Below are positions 1 through 11,659 of a stretch of 64,000 nucleotides of DNA, one piece after another; position 1 is the stretch's first letter, and each line of letters begins with the position of its first letter. Source of the DNA: Lama guanicoe (Eukaryota); assembly GCA_013239625.1 (NCBI GenBank), contig MU053588.1, forward strand, positions 1,808,508-1,872,507, given 5' to 3'. The notes under the pieces were generated by a model that saw only the letters and a list, made by a program, of their open reading frames with translations, was not told the origin of the DNA and did not search any database. A program made the translations under genes and the position numbers.

Positions 1-59
1 CTTAGCATGCATGAGGTCCTGGATTCAATCCCCATCCCTCCACTTAAAAAAAAAAAAAA
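1..59 (+). mobile_element. tRNA-derived SINE (vic-1-like), partial
   Basis: cttagcatgcatgaggtcctggattcaatcccc followed by an A tail. Confidence 0.85.
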
Positions 60-2141
60 GGAAGATGGGAAGTTGTGTTATGCTCATGCTGGGTTTTTTT
101 GAGCAATGGCTGCTGAAGGCAGGCAGTTGCATCCCACGGATTCCCCCTTTGATGTACTTCCTGGTGTCAGTGATGTGTCACCTGTGGCAGAGTGTTGGCA
201 CCATCACCGTATACATCCATGAGTCATTCCAGGAATAGTACTGACTGGATGATCAGAGAGTGATGACTGGAGTTCTCTGATTCACCGCTGTAAGGGAAGA
301 GTCCTGCACCCAAGTCAGCAGGCCCTTTAAAGTGCAGGCTGTGATCCATGGCTTTGCCTCACGGGATGCTGCAGGCTGAGCCCAAGGTAGCAGCTGCTGG
401 GGCAAGAAAAACCATCTCAGATGGTTAGCACTCACAGGGAAGGAAAGTTATTCTGGTCCATATCCCTTCCCTTTAAAGGTGAAAGGAAGCAGAGCCGCAG
501 AGGACTAAAGTGGAAGGCATTCCACAACGGGTCATTTTTTTTTCTCTTTTGGCAGGGCTTTTAATCTTTCAGGCCTGGAATTACTGCATTTACCACAATG
601 ACAGTAGTGAATAAAGTACCCTAAGTGATCACTCCAAAAAATCAGAAAAAAAAAAGACAAAAAATCAAAATGCCTACAAATGCACAGAAATCAGACAGCC
701 TTGGTTCAGATCTTGGTTCTGCTACTTATTCGGCCAAGTCACATCACCTCTCTGTGCCTTAATTTCCTTATCTGTAAAATGAGACTAGTAAAAGAATCTG
801 CTTCAGAAGGTTATGAGTATTAGCTAAATTAATAAATACAAAGCATTTTATAACAGAGGCTGGCATATAATAGATGCTCACTAAATGTTTGTTCTCAATA
901 TTATGCTAAAAGAGGAAAGCCTATTTCAAGTTCATTTCACAGAGAAACCAACTGAAGCCTAGAGAAGAGTAGAGACTTGCCTACCATCACACAGGACATT
1001 CAGGGTCTTTCTTGATCCTCCTGGTATTTGGGACTCAGGCCCAAGATTTAGCACAGGGAGGGCTCTCAGGGGTCAGGAAGCACAGTGGGCCATGACCTCT
1101 CCTCTGCTCGAAATCTTGCATGAATCCAAATAAGTCTGGACCTGACCTAATAGCATGGGACCAATGTTAGTATCCTCGTTTTGACAATGTACTGTGGTTA
1201 CATAAGATGCTGTTATTGGGGAAAGCTGGGTGAAAGATACAAAAGAATTTTCTATACTCTTCCGCAACTTCTTGCAAGTGTTAAAACTGTTTCAAAATAA
1301 AAAGATAAATATTTATTCAGTGCCTACTGTGTGCCAGGCCTTGTTTTAGGAGCTGGGGATTTAGCAGTGAACCAGACAGGTTTCCACCCTGGAGGAACTC
1401 ACAGTGTGATAGAGTCCTTGGCAGAGGGGTTCTGTGTCAGGACCCTGAAGCCTGACAGCTTGTTTGAATCCTGGCTTTACTGCTTATCAGCTGTAGGCAC
1501 ATGTGTAGCACTTAGCTCTGTATAAATGTAAAATCTGTTACTGTTGCTCATTATGATTTTCTGCAGATCTCTCGGTTGTCCCCCTTCTAAGAAGCCCTCC
1601 CTGATTGCCCCAGACTGGTTCTAGCACCTCTTCTGGGATCCCACAGGTCCATGTGCTTCCTCACCACATCTCTGACCCCCGTGCCTGTGCTTCCTCCACC
1701 CTCACCCTGACCTCACTGGGCTGTCATTGTTTGGCGATGGGTATATCTCCCACACTGGACAGGGAGCCTGATCACTGGATGTAGGCTTGCCTGATCACTG
1801 CTCTGGCCCCAGAATCACCCAGCACAGGACTGAGCACATAGCAGGCACTCAGTAATCAGATATTGAACTCATGAATGTTAAGGACACTGGCAGTCTGTGT
1901 GTTCCTTACCCTGGAGGTGAGGATTAAGGGAATGGGAATTATCAGGCGGGATCTGGAGGTCCCGGCCCCATCCTGGCCCAAAGCAGTAGAACCTGCGCGC
2001 TGAATGGAACCCCATGTAACAGCGCCCGTTTGTGGTCGCCTCCCATTTTAGAACCCTGCGCGGTTAAGGCTCTCCCTGCCCAAGGCAGGAGGGCCTGGCG
2101 GGATCCCACCCCGGGTTATCTGGGGTCCGCCCCTGACCACC

Positions 2142-2935
2142 ATGAACAACCAGGAGCGGGCCCCAGGCCCCACCCCGGCCCGGACCTTGGCTTCGGTCCG
2201 GGCCTCAGTTCCGGCCCCGAGTTCGACTGTGGTCAGAAACTCCATCCCGGTCCGGACTCCGACTCTGGTCCGGACCTTGGCCCCGATCCGGACCCCAACT
2301 CCAGTCCGGACTCCAACTCCCGTCCAGACTCCAACTCCCGTCCGGACATCAACTCCCGTCCGGACCCCGACCCCTGTCCGGACCCCAACTCCAGTTCGAA
2401 CCCCGACTCCGGTTCGGATCCCAACACCGGTTCGGATCCCAACACCGGTCTGGACCGCAACTCCAGTCCGCTCCCCGACTCCGGTCAGGATCCCGACTCC
2501 AGCTGGGATCCCAACCCCGTCCCCGTCTCGGATCCTGGTCCCTGCCTTGGAACCCCTCCCAAACTCCGGCCTATCTTCGGATCAGCCCCCAGAACCTGAT
2601 CCCCAGCTCACTTTGTCGCCTGATCAGGATCCTGCGCCGACCCTGAGGGTGAAGCCCATCCCATCGTTCACCAATGGCTTCGATCCCACCCAAGAGCCCT
2701 TTCCTGCCCTTACTCCATTGGCCACCGATTTCCTGGGGTCCACCCTCGAGTCCAGCCCGAGGGCAGACCCATCGGCCACCAAGTTGATAGATTCCACTTC
2801 TGGACATAGCCTGGCGACGCCCATCCTTGGGACCATCCCGTTGGCCGTCACCTTACCGTTTTCTGCCAACGCATTCGCCTCCACCAGCGAGAACATCCAA
2901 GTGGACAACAAGATCATGATTCGTGTGGTCTACTG
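2142..2935 (+). CDS. SELENOV: Selenoprotein V, coding exon 1 (Pro/Thr-rich N-terminal extension to ...IRVVY-C)
   Basis: ORF MNNQERAPGPTPART...ENIQVDNKIMIRVVY matches SELENOV as I recall it. Donor TG|gtcagg at 2935/2936 (phase 2). CpG-rich. Confidence 0.96.
2248..2530 (+). repeat. Coding 18-bp tandem repeat (V-R-T/I-P-T-P units) in SELENOV exon 1
   Basis: Repeated gtccggaccccgactcc-like units; about 15 imperfect copies visible in the translation. Confidence 0.9.
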
Positions 2936-3687
2936 GTCAGGGGCTGTCCCCACCCACAGCGGCTTCCTCCCCCGGGGCAAGGGCTGGAGGGGGTAGGCGC
3001 CACCTGCCGTTCTCTTTGGAACTAGCGATCTTTGGGTTCACTCGTTCACTCTCCTGTGAACAGAGCCACCTGCTTTCCTCCCCTGTAGAGCAGAGGGCCC
3101 TGAGGGAGGACAAGGGGTGGGAGAACTTCAGAGGCTGGGTGTTCAGGGACAGTCTTTCTCAGGAGGTGGCGCTTAGGTTGCTACTTCTCAGTGAGGAGCC
3201 ACTAAGAAGAGTGGAGAAGGGGGTACGAGTAGGGAGATCAGGTCGCCCCTGTGATGGGGGTGGGAGCGTGGGGGATGGATGGTGGAGGGAGGGGGGAAAA
3301 GGGGAGATGAACAGCCAGTGCAAAGGCCGAAGGAAGCTGGCTTTAGTCTGCATTCCTGGTCCCAGAGCTGAATCTTTGTGTCCCCACAACAGTAACAGCA
3401 GTGACCTTCCTTTGCTCTTACTGAGACCCAGGGCTGGATGTGGCCGGGCGAGGGGCATTGTCTTCTCCCTAATCCCTGTGCCTCTCTCCTGCTCTAGAAG
3501 GTCCTTCTGTCCTGTTTTCTGTCTCTCCAACTCACAGCCATTTTCCCTTTCCCTATGTGGTGTGTCTCTTTCCCCATCTCCCCACCCCACCCCCTTTCTC
3601 TGCCCATTTCCTCCTTCCAAAAATTTTTTAAAAACTTTTTCCCTTCCAGTTTATTGAGATTCAATTGACATACAGCACTGTATATTT

Positions 3688-3796
3688 GAGGGGGATAATT
3701 AGGTTTATTTGTTTTAATGGAGGAACTGGAGATTGAACCAATGACCTCATGCATGCTAAGCATGCGCTCTACCACTGAGCTACACCCTCCTCCCCA
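3688..3796 (-). mobile_element. tRNA-derived SINE (vic-1-like)
   Basis: A/B-box tRNA head on the - strand. Confidence 0.88.
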
Positions 3797-4527
3797 TCTT
3801 CTCCTTTCTATCTCTCTGACTCTATGGATTCATTCATTGTTTTGTTTCTTCAACAACCATTTATTAAGTAAATCCCTGCTTATTCACTGCTGTGTCTCTG
3901 ATGCTGGCCTTGTTCTCAGTATCAGAGACATAGCAGTGAATAAGACAGATCCCTGTGGCATGGACATTCTGGTGTGGAGGAGCAGGGATGGACAATAAAT
4001 ATGACACATGGCAAATTATTTAGGATCTTAGAAGGTAATCAGTGCTATGGATCAAAGGCATCTTGGGAGGGGTGTCACAGTTTTAGCTGGGGTAGTCAGG
4101 AAGTCTTCACTGAGGAGGTGATCTATGAGCAAAGACTTGAAAGAGGGGAGAGGTGGAGCCTTGTGGATACCAAGGAAAGAGCATTCTGCATAGGGAATGG
4201 CCAGTGCAAAGGCCCTGGGGCAAAGCATGCCTGGAACATTAGGAAGAAGAGCTATGAAGTCCCTATGGCTGGACTAGAGTGGGCCGGGGTAGGGGGACAG
4301 TGCGAGGAGATGGAGCAGAGAGGTGGTAGGGCCAGATCCTGTGGGGGCTTGTGGACCACAGGGAGGACTTTTTTTGCTGAGTGAGGTGGCGTCTTGGGAG
4401 GCTTTTGAGCAGGGGAGGGATGGGATTTGACTTAGGTGTTCACAGTGTCCCTCTGGTTGGGGAGTTACTGAAGCAGTGTCTTCCCTCCATCTCTCTCTGC
4501 CTCCCTCCTCTTGCCCTTGACATCCAG

Positions 4528-4552
4528 TGGCCTCTGAAGCTATGGCCTTAGG
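4528..4552 (+). CDS. SELENOV: SELENOV coding exon 2 (C-G-L-U-S-Y-G-L-R); Sec TGA at 4535-4537, CxxU motif
   Basis: catccag|T GGC CTC TGA AGC TAT GGC CTT AGG|gtgagt. Phase matches exon 1. Rdx/SelW-family CxxU motif. Confidence 0.96.
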
Positions 4553-4697
4553 GTGAGTAGTTTTAACTTTGGAGGTGGGGGAGTGTGAACCATGAGGTCT
4601 GGAAGGAGTTCCTATTTCCCTTCCCTCAAGACCTGTGACCCCATGACCCTTTGGTCCTCTGATCCTGTGACCACACGGTCCCATCTCCTCCCCACAG

Positions 4698-4751
4698 TAT
4701 ATCCTACTGAAAAAGAGCCTGGAGCAGCAATTTCCAAATTGTCTACTCTTT
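4698..4751 (+). CDS. SELENOV: SELENOV coding exon 3 (YILLKKSLEQQFPNCLLF)
   Basis: cccacag|TAT...TTT|gtgagt, 54 nt, in frame. Confidence 0.96.
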
Positions 4752-4864
4752 GTGAGTGCACTGGTGGCCCAGGGGAATGGGTTGGGTATTCAGGCTGCAA
4801 GACCCCCAAAGGGGCTTTGAGGGGAGCTCTTAGCCTCTGCCAACACCTAATATTCCCTCCCCAG

Positions 4865-4939
4865 GAGGAGGACGTATCTGCCCAGGCTACAGGGGAGTTT
4901 GAAGTGTTTGTGGACGGGAAACTGGTCCATTCAAAGAAG
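4865..4939 (+). CDS. SELENOV: SELENOV coding exon 4 (EEDVSAQATGEFEVFVDGKLVHSKK)
   Basis: cccag|GAG...AAG|gtgatt, 75 nt. Carries the Rdx-family TGxFEV motif. Confidence 0.96.
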
Positions 4940-5033
4940 GTGATTCTGAGCAAGGGTCCTGGACAAGGAGGGAGGGTGGTGTTCCAGGGGGTGGGAGACA
5001 GACACATTTGTACTCTTTCCCCTCCGTGCCCAG

Positions 5034-5111
5034 AAAGGTGATGGCTTTGTGGATGAGACCAAGCTGCGGAAAATTGTGAGCCTTATCAATGAGGAGATCA
5101 AGAAAAGGTAG
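5034..5111 (+). CDS. SELENOV: SELENOV coding exon 5 (KGDGFVDETKLRKIVSLINEEIKKR*)
   Basis: cccag|AAA...TAG. Total CDS 1026 nt = 341 aa. Candidate donors at 5122 and 5133. Confidence 0.96.
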   Translation, partial: KGDGFVDETKLRKIVSLINEEIKKR

Positions 5112-5744
5112 CAGGCAACTGGTGAGCCGGAGGTGAGGTGGGAGGGGTGGAGACCGGGCTGTGGGTGGGTGGGTGGACAGGAGGCAGGGCCCTGTGTTGG
5201 AGTCAAAGACACCCTAGCCCCAGTCCTAGTGCAGCCAGTCCTCAGTGTTACAGTCAGGACAAATCATCTACATCCTTTTATGAACCTTGGTTTCCTCATC
5301 TATAAAATGGGGTTATTGAGATGATTTCATAAGATGCCTCTTATAAGGTAATAAATAGTGCATGGCTCAGAGTAGGGCGCAGTGTACTACAGTGATATAT
5401 TTTTTCCAAAAAAGCTTTTGTCTTTTTTTTAGCTTTTAGTTGTGTGTGTGTTTTGTTTTGTTTTGTTTGGTTTGGTTGTAAAGCTGTAATGGTATGTGAC
5501 TTTTCAACTTATAATTAAGTCGATTAAAATTAAGCACATTAAAAATTCCATTATTAGTCGCACTAGCCACATTTCAAGTGCTCACGGCCAGATGTGGCTG
5601 GCTGCCGTATTGGACAGTGCAGATGTAAAACATGGAAGCTGTCATTGCAGAAAGTTCTATTGCTAACATTGTTTTAAGATATTAAAGCATAGACACAATA
5701 ATTTATTTGCCACCAATACTGGATTTTTTAATATATTTTTAATT

Positions 5745-5995
5745 TAATTATAATTTTTAATGAAGGTACTGGGGATTGAACCCAGGACCTTGTGAGTGCC
5801 AAACACTTGCTCTACCAATGAGCTAAATGCATCCCCCAATCCTGGATTTTTTTTTTTCTTTGAGATGGGAAGGGAGGTAATTAAATTTTCTCTTTTTTTT
5901 ACTTTTTTTTAGAGGAGGTACTGGGGATTGAACCCAGGACCTTGTGCATGCTAAGCATGCACTCTACCACTTTGAGGTATACCCTCTCCCCTTCC
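5745..5995 (-). mobile_element. Two tandem tRNA-derived SINEs
   Basis: Two copies of gtactggggattgaacccaggacc. Confidence 0.88.
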
Positions 5996-7891
5996 CAATA
6001 CTGGACTTTTAAAACCACTTAGTACATAGGTATTTGTAGCTGCTACTAATTTAATACTTTGTCTGTTGCATATCTACCTTACAGTTGTTTTCAACTTTAT
6101 TGAGGTGTAAATGATGTGTAAGAAACAGTACATGTTTAAAGCATGTAAGTTGATGAGCTTTGACATACCAATACACCCATGAAACCAGCGCAAAACCAAG
6201 ATGATGAACATATCTGTCACCCCCCAAAGTTTCCTCAGCAATTTCTGTAATTTCTCCCACCCTCTCTCCTGTCCCAGGCCACCATTAACTTGCTCTCTGT
6301 CAGCATAGATTCGTTTGCAATTTCTAGAATTTTATGTAAGTGGAGGCTGTAATTTTTTCAAACCTTTATGGTGGAAATTTTTAGACATAAATACTAGTTG
6401 GGAGACTCGTACGATAAACTCCATGTACGCATCACCCAGGTCAACTAGTATAGCTTTCTCTTCTCTCATTTCATCTTCTCTCCTGCCTCCTTTTTTTTTT
6501 TGGCTCTGTCCTATTTTAAAGTATATTCCAGACCTCATGTTTTTCACCTGTATGCATCTCTAATAAATAAGTTTTTAAAACAGAAATACAAGGCCATTTT
6601 TTACACCCAACAAAAATTTTAAAATGTCTTAATACAATCTAATACCCATCCTAGGGTCTCAAAAAGATCTTTTTACAGTTAGTTTGTGGAATCAGGACAC
6701 AGACAAGGTTCATATGTTATATTAGCTGTTTTTAAAGAATTATAAAGAGGATTTTTGGAATCCTTAGTATGTGCCAGGCTTTTAGTAGGTCTCCTTTTAA
6801 GCAGCCAAGCTGGGGGTGAGGGGCAAGGGAGGCGGAGGAGAGATCTGTTTCTCACACTTGCAATATACAGAATATGATCGTAGTTATCTACGTAGCCTCC
6901 AGGGTCACAGAGACTTAGATTCAAATCCTGGATCCATCAGGCCCACAAAGCTGAAGTGGGGTGAAGTAGATTTGTGAGGTAGGAACCCTTTAGTGAGTGA
7001 CAGCTGTTGTTATTGGAATCAGTCAGGATGTTTCTAATTGCAGCAGAAAACTGTTCCAAATGGCTTAAGAAATAAAAAATTGGCTCATGGGAATAAGTCT
7101 AGGGGCTAATTTAGTTAGCTGCAGGCATGGCTGGGTCCAAGCACCAAAAGGTTGCCATTGGGAATCTGACTCTCCTTTACTCTGGGTTCTGCATTTTTCC
7201 ATGGGCTAACTTTACTCTCAGGCAGGCTTCCTCTCTCGGTGCCATAAATCCTGCCAAAGATTCCCACTGGCATAGCTTAAGTCACATGTCCATCCCTGAG
7301 CCAATCACTGAGGCCCAAGGGAATGCAGTGCTCTCTTTGGCCCATCGTGGGTCGTGTGTCTTTACCTCATTGGGTTTCATTGTATTTAGCAAGTATTTGC
7401 TGAGTACCTACTCTGTGCTGGACACTGTTCTAGATCCTGGGGATGATGATACAGCAGTTAACTAAACAGATACAAACCCCTGCCCTAGTGGAGCTGACGT
7501 TCTAGCCGGGGAGACAGACAATGAACAAGACATATAGGCAAATAGAAAACATTTAGGAGGAGATAAATGGTGGGAAGAAAAATGAATCAGGGAAGGGGCA
7601 CGGGTGCTGCTGGGAGTTTTCTGCAACTCTAAGTTGAGTGGTCAGGGAAGACCTCATTAGGAAGGTGATATTTAAACCCTTGAAGAATGTGCAAAGGCCC
7701 TGTGGTAGGAGTGTGTCTGGTGTGTTTGAAAATGGTGGAGAGACTCTACTGGGCATTGTAATCCATGGAAAGCATTAGAATGGTTCCTGACACATAGTAA
7801 GCCCTATAGATGCTATTTTTTTTTTTGGAGTTGTTGTTGTCATTCTCATTGTTATTAAACTTTTTTTTTCTTTCCTCTCTTCCCATCTCAG

Positions 7892-8290
7892 GAGCCTCAG
7901 CAGGATGGCGAGAAGGGCTGAAATGTTGCCAAGTCAGGTCCTTTTCTGATGGTGGCTGGGGCTGGGGTGGGGTCAGGGAGGGGTGAAGAGGGAAATACAT
8001 AGAGTTGGCCTCCCTGTGCTTTGGTCTGACTGTGTTTGCTGTCACCACATTCACTCCTGACATCTGAGGAAGTCACCTGCTACCTGCTACTGGGTTCCCA
8101 GCATCTCCTATGTCCTGGACCTGGGTGGTGGGGAGAGGAGGCCAGCTTTGAACATGAGGCTAGTCCTCTTGCTCCTGAGCTTTGCTCCTGATGGTCTAGC
8201 CTCAACTCCTCATGCTGTTGAGGTCAGCATCTTTCTTTTGTGGCTTTTTTATTTCCCCTGCCCGGGTTCAAAATATGTTTTGAAAACTTC
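7892..8290 (+). other. SELENOV: SELENOV terminal non-coding exon (3'UTR); 3' end uncertain
   Basis: Strong polypyrimidine tract and acceptor catctcag| at 7891, immediately followed by a SECIS-like hairpin. Confidence 0.75.
7893..7963 (+). promoter_or_regulatory. SECIS element of SELENOV, with variant core AUGG...UGAU
   Basis: Helix I AGCCTCAGC (7893-7901) pairs with GCTGGGGCT (7955-7963). Helix II GAGAAGGGCTG (7910-7920) pairs with CAGGTCCTTTTC (7935-7946). Apical AAA at 7921-7923; 3' core TGAT at 7947-7950; 5' core ATGG at 7905-7908. Confidence 0.85.
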
Positions 8291-9001
8291 CCATCTCATT
8301 GGCATTTTTAGAGGTTGAAAGAGAAATAGGGATTGTGGCAAGACATCCCAGACTTCACTTCACAGGTCTTAGAATCTCAGTGTTGGAGGGGGACTTGATG
8401 ACCTGGGAGAGGGACATTGTTGCATTCGGTGGGTATTGATGAACCCTCTACCCTGCACCTGGCTCCGGGGGGTCACTGGGCATGTGCCAGGAGGTCCAGG
8501 CAAGGCATGGGAATCAGAACTTTACCACGGAGTCACTCTGTGACCTCCAACAAGGGCTGCCACCTCTCTGAATCTCAATTTCCTCCTCTGTCAAATGATG
8601 GTTGTAATTCTCCTTAATCATAAAATTTCCAAAGTCTGGCACAGAATATGTAAGTTTCGGTCAGACATAGATTTCAATCAGGAGTGCTCTTGCCGGCAAG
8701 TAGCAGCAAACTGGACTGCCAGTGGCTCACACCATAGGAAAAACAAATTGTTTTCCTTGTGAACTGGTCGGAGGCGGCTGGAGTCAGCCAGCTGTCCAAC
8801 TATGCCGTCAGGGACCCATGGTTTTTCTCTGTTTCTTCTCTGCCATCATTAAGGTATGACAGTGGGCTGGCTCTGGGGCTCATGCATGTTGTTTCATTGT
8901 TGCACCTTTACCCATTACGTCTGTATTCCAGGCGGAAGAGGGTTGAAGAAGGTAAGGACACGCCTGCTGGACCACTGTCTTTTTTAGGAAAGCAAAACTT
9001 G

Positions 9002-9093
9002 GTGGGGCAGTGGTATAGCTCAGTGGTAAAAAGCATGCTTAGCATGTAGGAGGTCCTGGGTTCAATCCCCAGTACCTCTTTAAAAGAAAAAAA
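9002..9093 (+). mobile_element. tRNA-derived SINE with TSD aaagcaaaactt
   Basis: gtatagctcagtggta...ggttcaatccccagtacc. Confidence 0.9.
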
Positions 9094-9134
9094 AAAGCAA
9101 AACTTTCCCAGAAGTCCCACCCAGTCTTCTGCTG

Positions 9135-9282
9135 TGACTCTGAGATAGTGCCCTGGCCCCTTCCCACCCACCCACCTCACCTCCCTCACCTCACCTGCAG
9201 CTCACCAGTTGCCTGCTGCCTTTCTCTGCTCTCACTGATAATGCTCACAATTTTCTGCAGCCTGGCCTCACCCAAAGCCATC
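9135..9282 (-). pseudogene. Inverted, diverged copy of SELENOV exon 5 plus start of intron 5
   Basis: Reverse complement gatggctttgggtgaggccaggctgcagaaaattgtgagcattatcagtgag...gcagcaggcaactggtgagctgcaggtgagg...gagtca aligns to 5040-5205. Confidence 0.92.
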
Positions 9283-9491
9283 TTGATTATAATTCAATAT
9301 GGATTGAATAGGGATAGGAAGCAACAGTTGGGGGCACTGTCAAAGTCCAAAGTCTAACATATACTAGCATTGGGAGGATGTGAGTGAGTGAGAACAATGA
9401 GTGAGTTAAAGGATTAGACTGTAGGTTTCTTATTATGTCATAAGGTAAATGTGATAAATCATAATAAGGTAATCAATACTTCTAAGGTTTT

Positions 9492-10152
9492 TATGGTAGG
9501 CGGACTTCTAAGGTGACCTTCAATGACCTGCACCTTCATATAATCTCCATCTTGTGAGTGTGGGTGGGACATGTGACTATAATGGTGTATCATTCACATG
9601 ACTGTGTCACATCATATGACAAAAAGAATTTTGCGTTGAGTTTGAGGCTATCAGATGGGAGATTATCTTGGGTGGGCGCGACCTAATCAGACGAGCTCTT
9701 CCAAGAGACAAGAAGCATCAGAAGAAATTCTCCCGCTTACTTTGAAGAAGTTGTGGATTGTTGTGAGAAGGCCACTTGGCTAGGTCTTGAGGACAACCTC
9801 TAAGAGCTGAGAGTGACCTCCGGCTGGCAGGCAGCAAGAAAATGGAGATCTCAGTCCTACAACTACAGGGAACTGAATTCTGCCCACAATAGGAATAAGC
9901 AGGGAAACCACAAGTGAGGATATACTCCTGGCCACCCATGTGATTTCAGCCTAGTGAGACCCTGAGCAGACATCCAGCTAACCCAAGTCTGGATTCCTGA
10001 CCATGGAATTTATGAAAATTAATAATTATTAAATTTAATAAACAATAAAATATTTAATACTTATTAAATATTTATTAAGTGCTTAATAATATTTAATACA
10101 TTTATGTTGTTTCAAGCTACCGAATTTGTTTTGCCACAATGGAACACTAGCA
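9492..10152 (+). mobile_element. MaLR (MLT1-like) LTR
   Basis: gggagattatcttgggtggg, agtcctacaactacagggaactgaattctgcc and gtgagaccctgagcaga are MLT1 hallmarks. Confidence 0.8.
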
Positions 10153-10669
10153 CAATTTTGACCAAAGGTTTTTGCTATGACATTCGATCATATCAGTCAC
10201 CATAATAACAATAATAATAATAAAAGGTGACACTTGGAGGGCTTACAGTGTGCCATTTCAACATTCCATTTGGGATCATTCAGAGTTTCAACGTTTTGGT
10301 CTCAAAATCTTTTTATTTACACAAATTGAGGAACAAAGCACTTCTGTTTATGTGAGCTGTACCTACTGATATTTACTGTATTGAACATTGAGACCGTAAA
10401 AATATACGAATTGATTGTAAAATAAGCTCTACTTTTTCAAGGAGAAAAATCCTTTCCAGAAGGCTTAGCCGATGTGTGCTCTTAAATCTGATTGGTTCGC
10501 CTCGGATCACATGCCAATCCCAGGCCAGTCAGTCCCTTGCAAATAGGAATGGGATTGCCAAATTTAGAGCAGCAATTCTCAAATTATTTGGTCTCAGGAT
10601 TGCCTTACACTTGCAAAAGTTATTGATCACCCAACTGCTTGATCCCCAGTTTTTAAAAAATCTTCCCAT

Positions 10670-10790
10670 TTTTTTGAGGGGGGGTTTAAGTTTATTTAAT
10701 TATTATTTTTGATGGCAGTACTGGGGATTGAACCCAGGAGCTCATGCATGCTAAGCACACACTCTACCCTTGAGCTATGCCTTCTCCCCT
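10670..10790 (-). mobile_element. tRNA-derived SINE
   Basis: Family consensus match. Confidence 0.85.
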
Positions 10791-11659
10791 CCAGTTTTTG
10801 TTTCTGCGGATTCATGTATGGTTATTCACATCTTAGGAATTAGAACTGAGAAGTTCTACAAACTATTTAAAACAATAAGCCCATTACATGTTAACATAAA
10901 TAATATTTTTAATGAAAACATAACCATTTTCCAAAACAAAAAATAGTGAGAAAAGTGGCATGGCCTCACAGTTTTGTGAATTTCTGTAACATCTGGCTTT
11001 GGAGAAGATACATGACACTGTAAATCAACTATGATGATGATAATAAAAAAGAAAGTGTGTGATAAAATAGTCCTGAGTTGGGCAATGGCAATACCTGTTT
11101 TCAGATGATTTGTTCTTTTGACCCCCATGGTTTTAAGTTTTTCTGAATTCATTTTCAAAAATGGAAAATAAAGCACTTTCACACAAAATCTCCATTCCCA
11201 GCTTTTCTTGAAGCTGTAGTGGTGCTGGACTTGTATTTCCACATGGCACAAATGGCCAAAGTTGAGAAGAAGCTGATGCCTTTGGAGTCACAATCTGCAA
11301 GTCCCCACCACTCCCTGTTGTCCCACACTCACTTCCACTTTGGTCCTGTAGAAATTTGAGTTAGTGACCTCCGATTATAAGGGTCATTTCTGGGTGCCTG
11401 ACCCATCTCCCTCTTAGGATTGGGGCCCCTGCCTATCTCCCTCCTCTGTATGCTCAATACCTCAGGCCCTATAATCATGGCTTTGAGGACTTTGTAATTT
11501 CTCTGAAGGGTTTTGACTGGGAAGAGACTGAAAACTAGAGCCACTTATTCAGGGGTTATGAATTCATTAAATGATAGGCAGGAGGAGGGGAGCCAGGACA
11601 TGTGGGGACCCAAAGAGGCCTGGGTTTCCAGAGAAGCTTATGGAAACAGAGGCCTCCAA

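Noticed and set aside
2030..2599. 189-aa Pro/Asp/Ser-rich ORF overlapping SELENOV, plus antisense ORFs
   Set aside because: Alternative frames of a GC-rich stop-poor tandem repeat; non-ATG start.
2936..2996. ORF-track extension of SELENOV exon 1 (WSGAVPTH...GWRG*)
   Set aside because: Read-through into intron 1; homology and phase put the donor at 2936.
8154..8204. ATGA-initiated hairpin as a second SECIS
   Set aside because: Watson-Crick paired through the UGA, with no 3' GA quartet partner and no apical AA at the right spacing.
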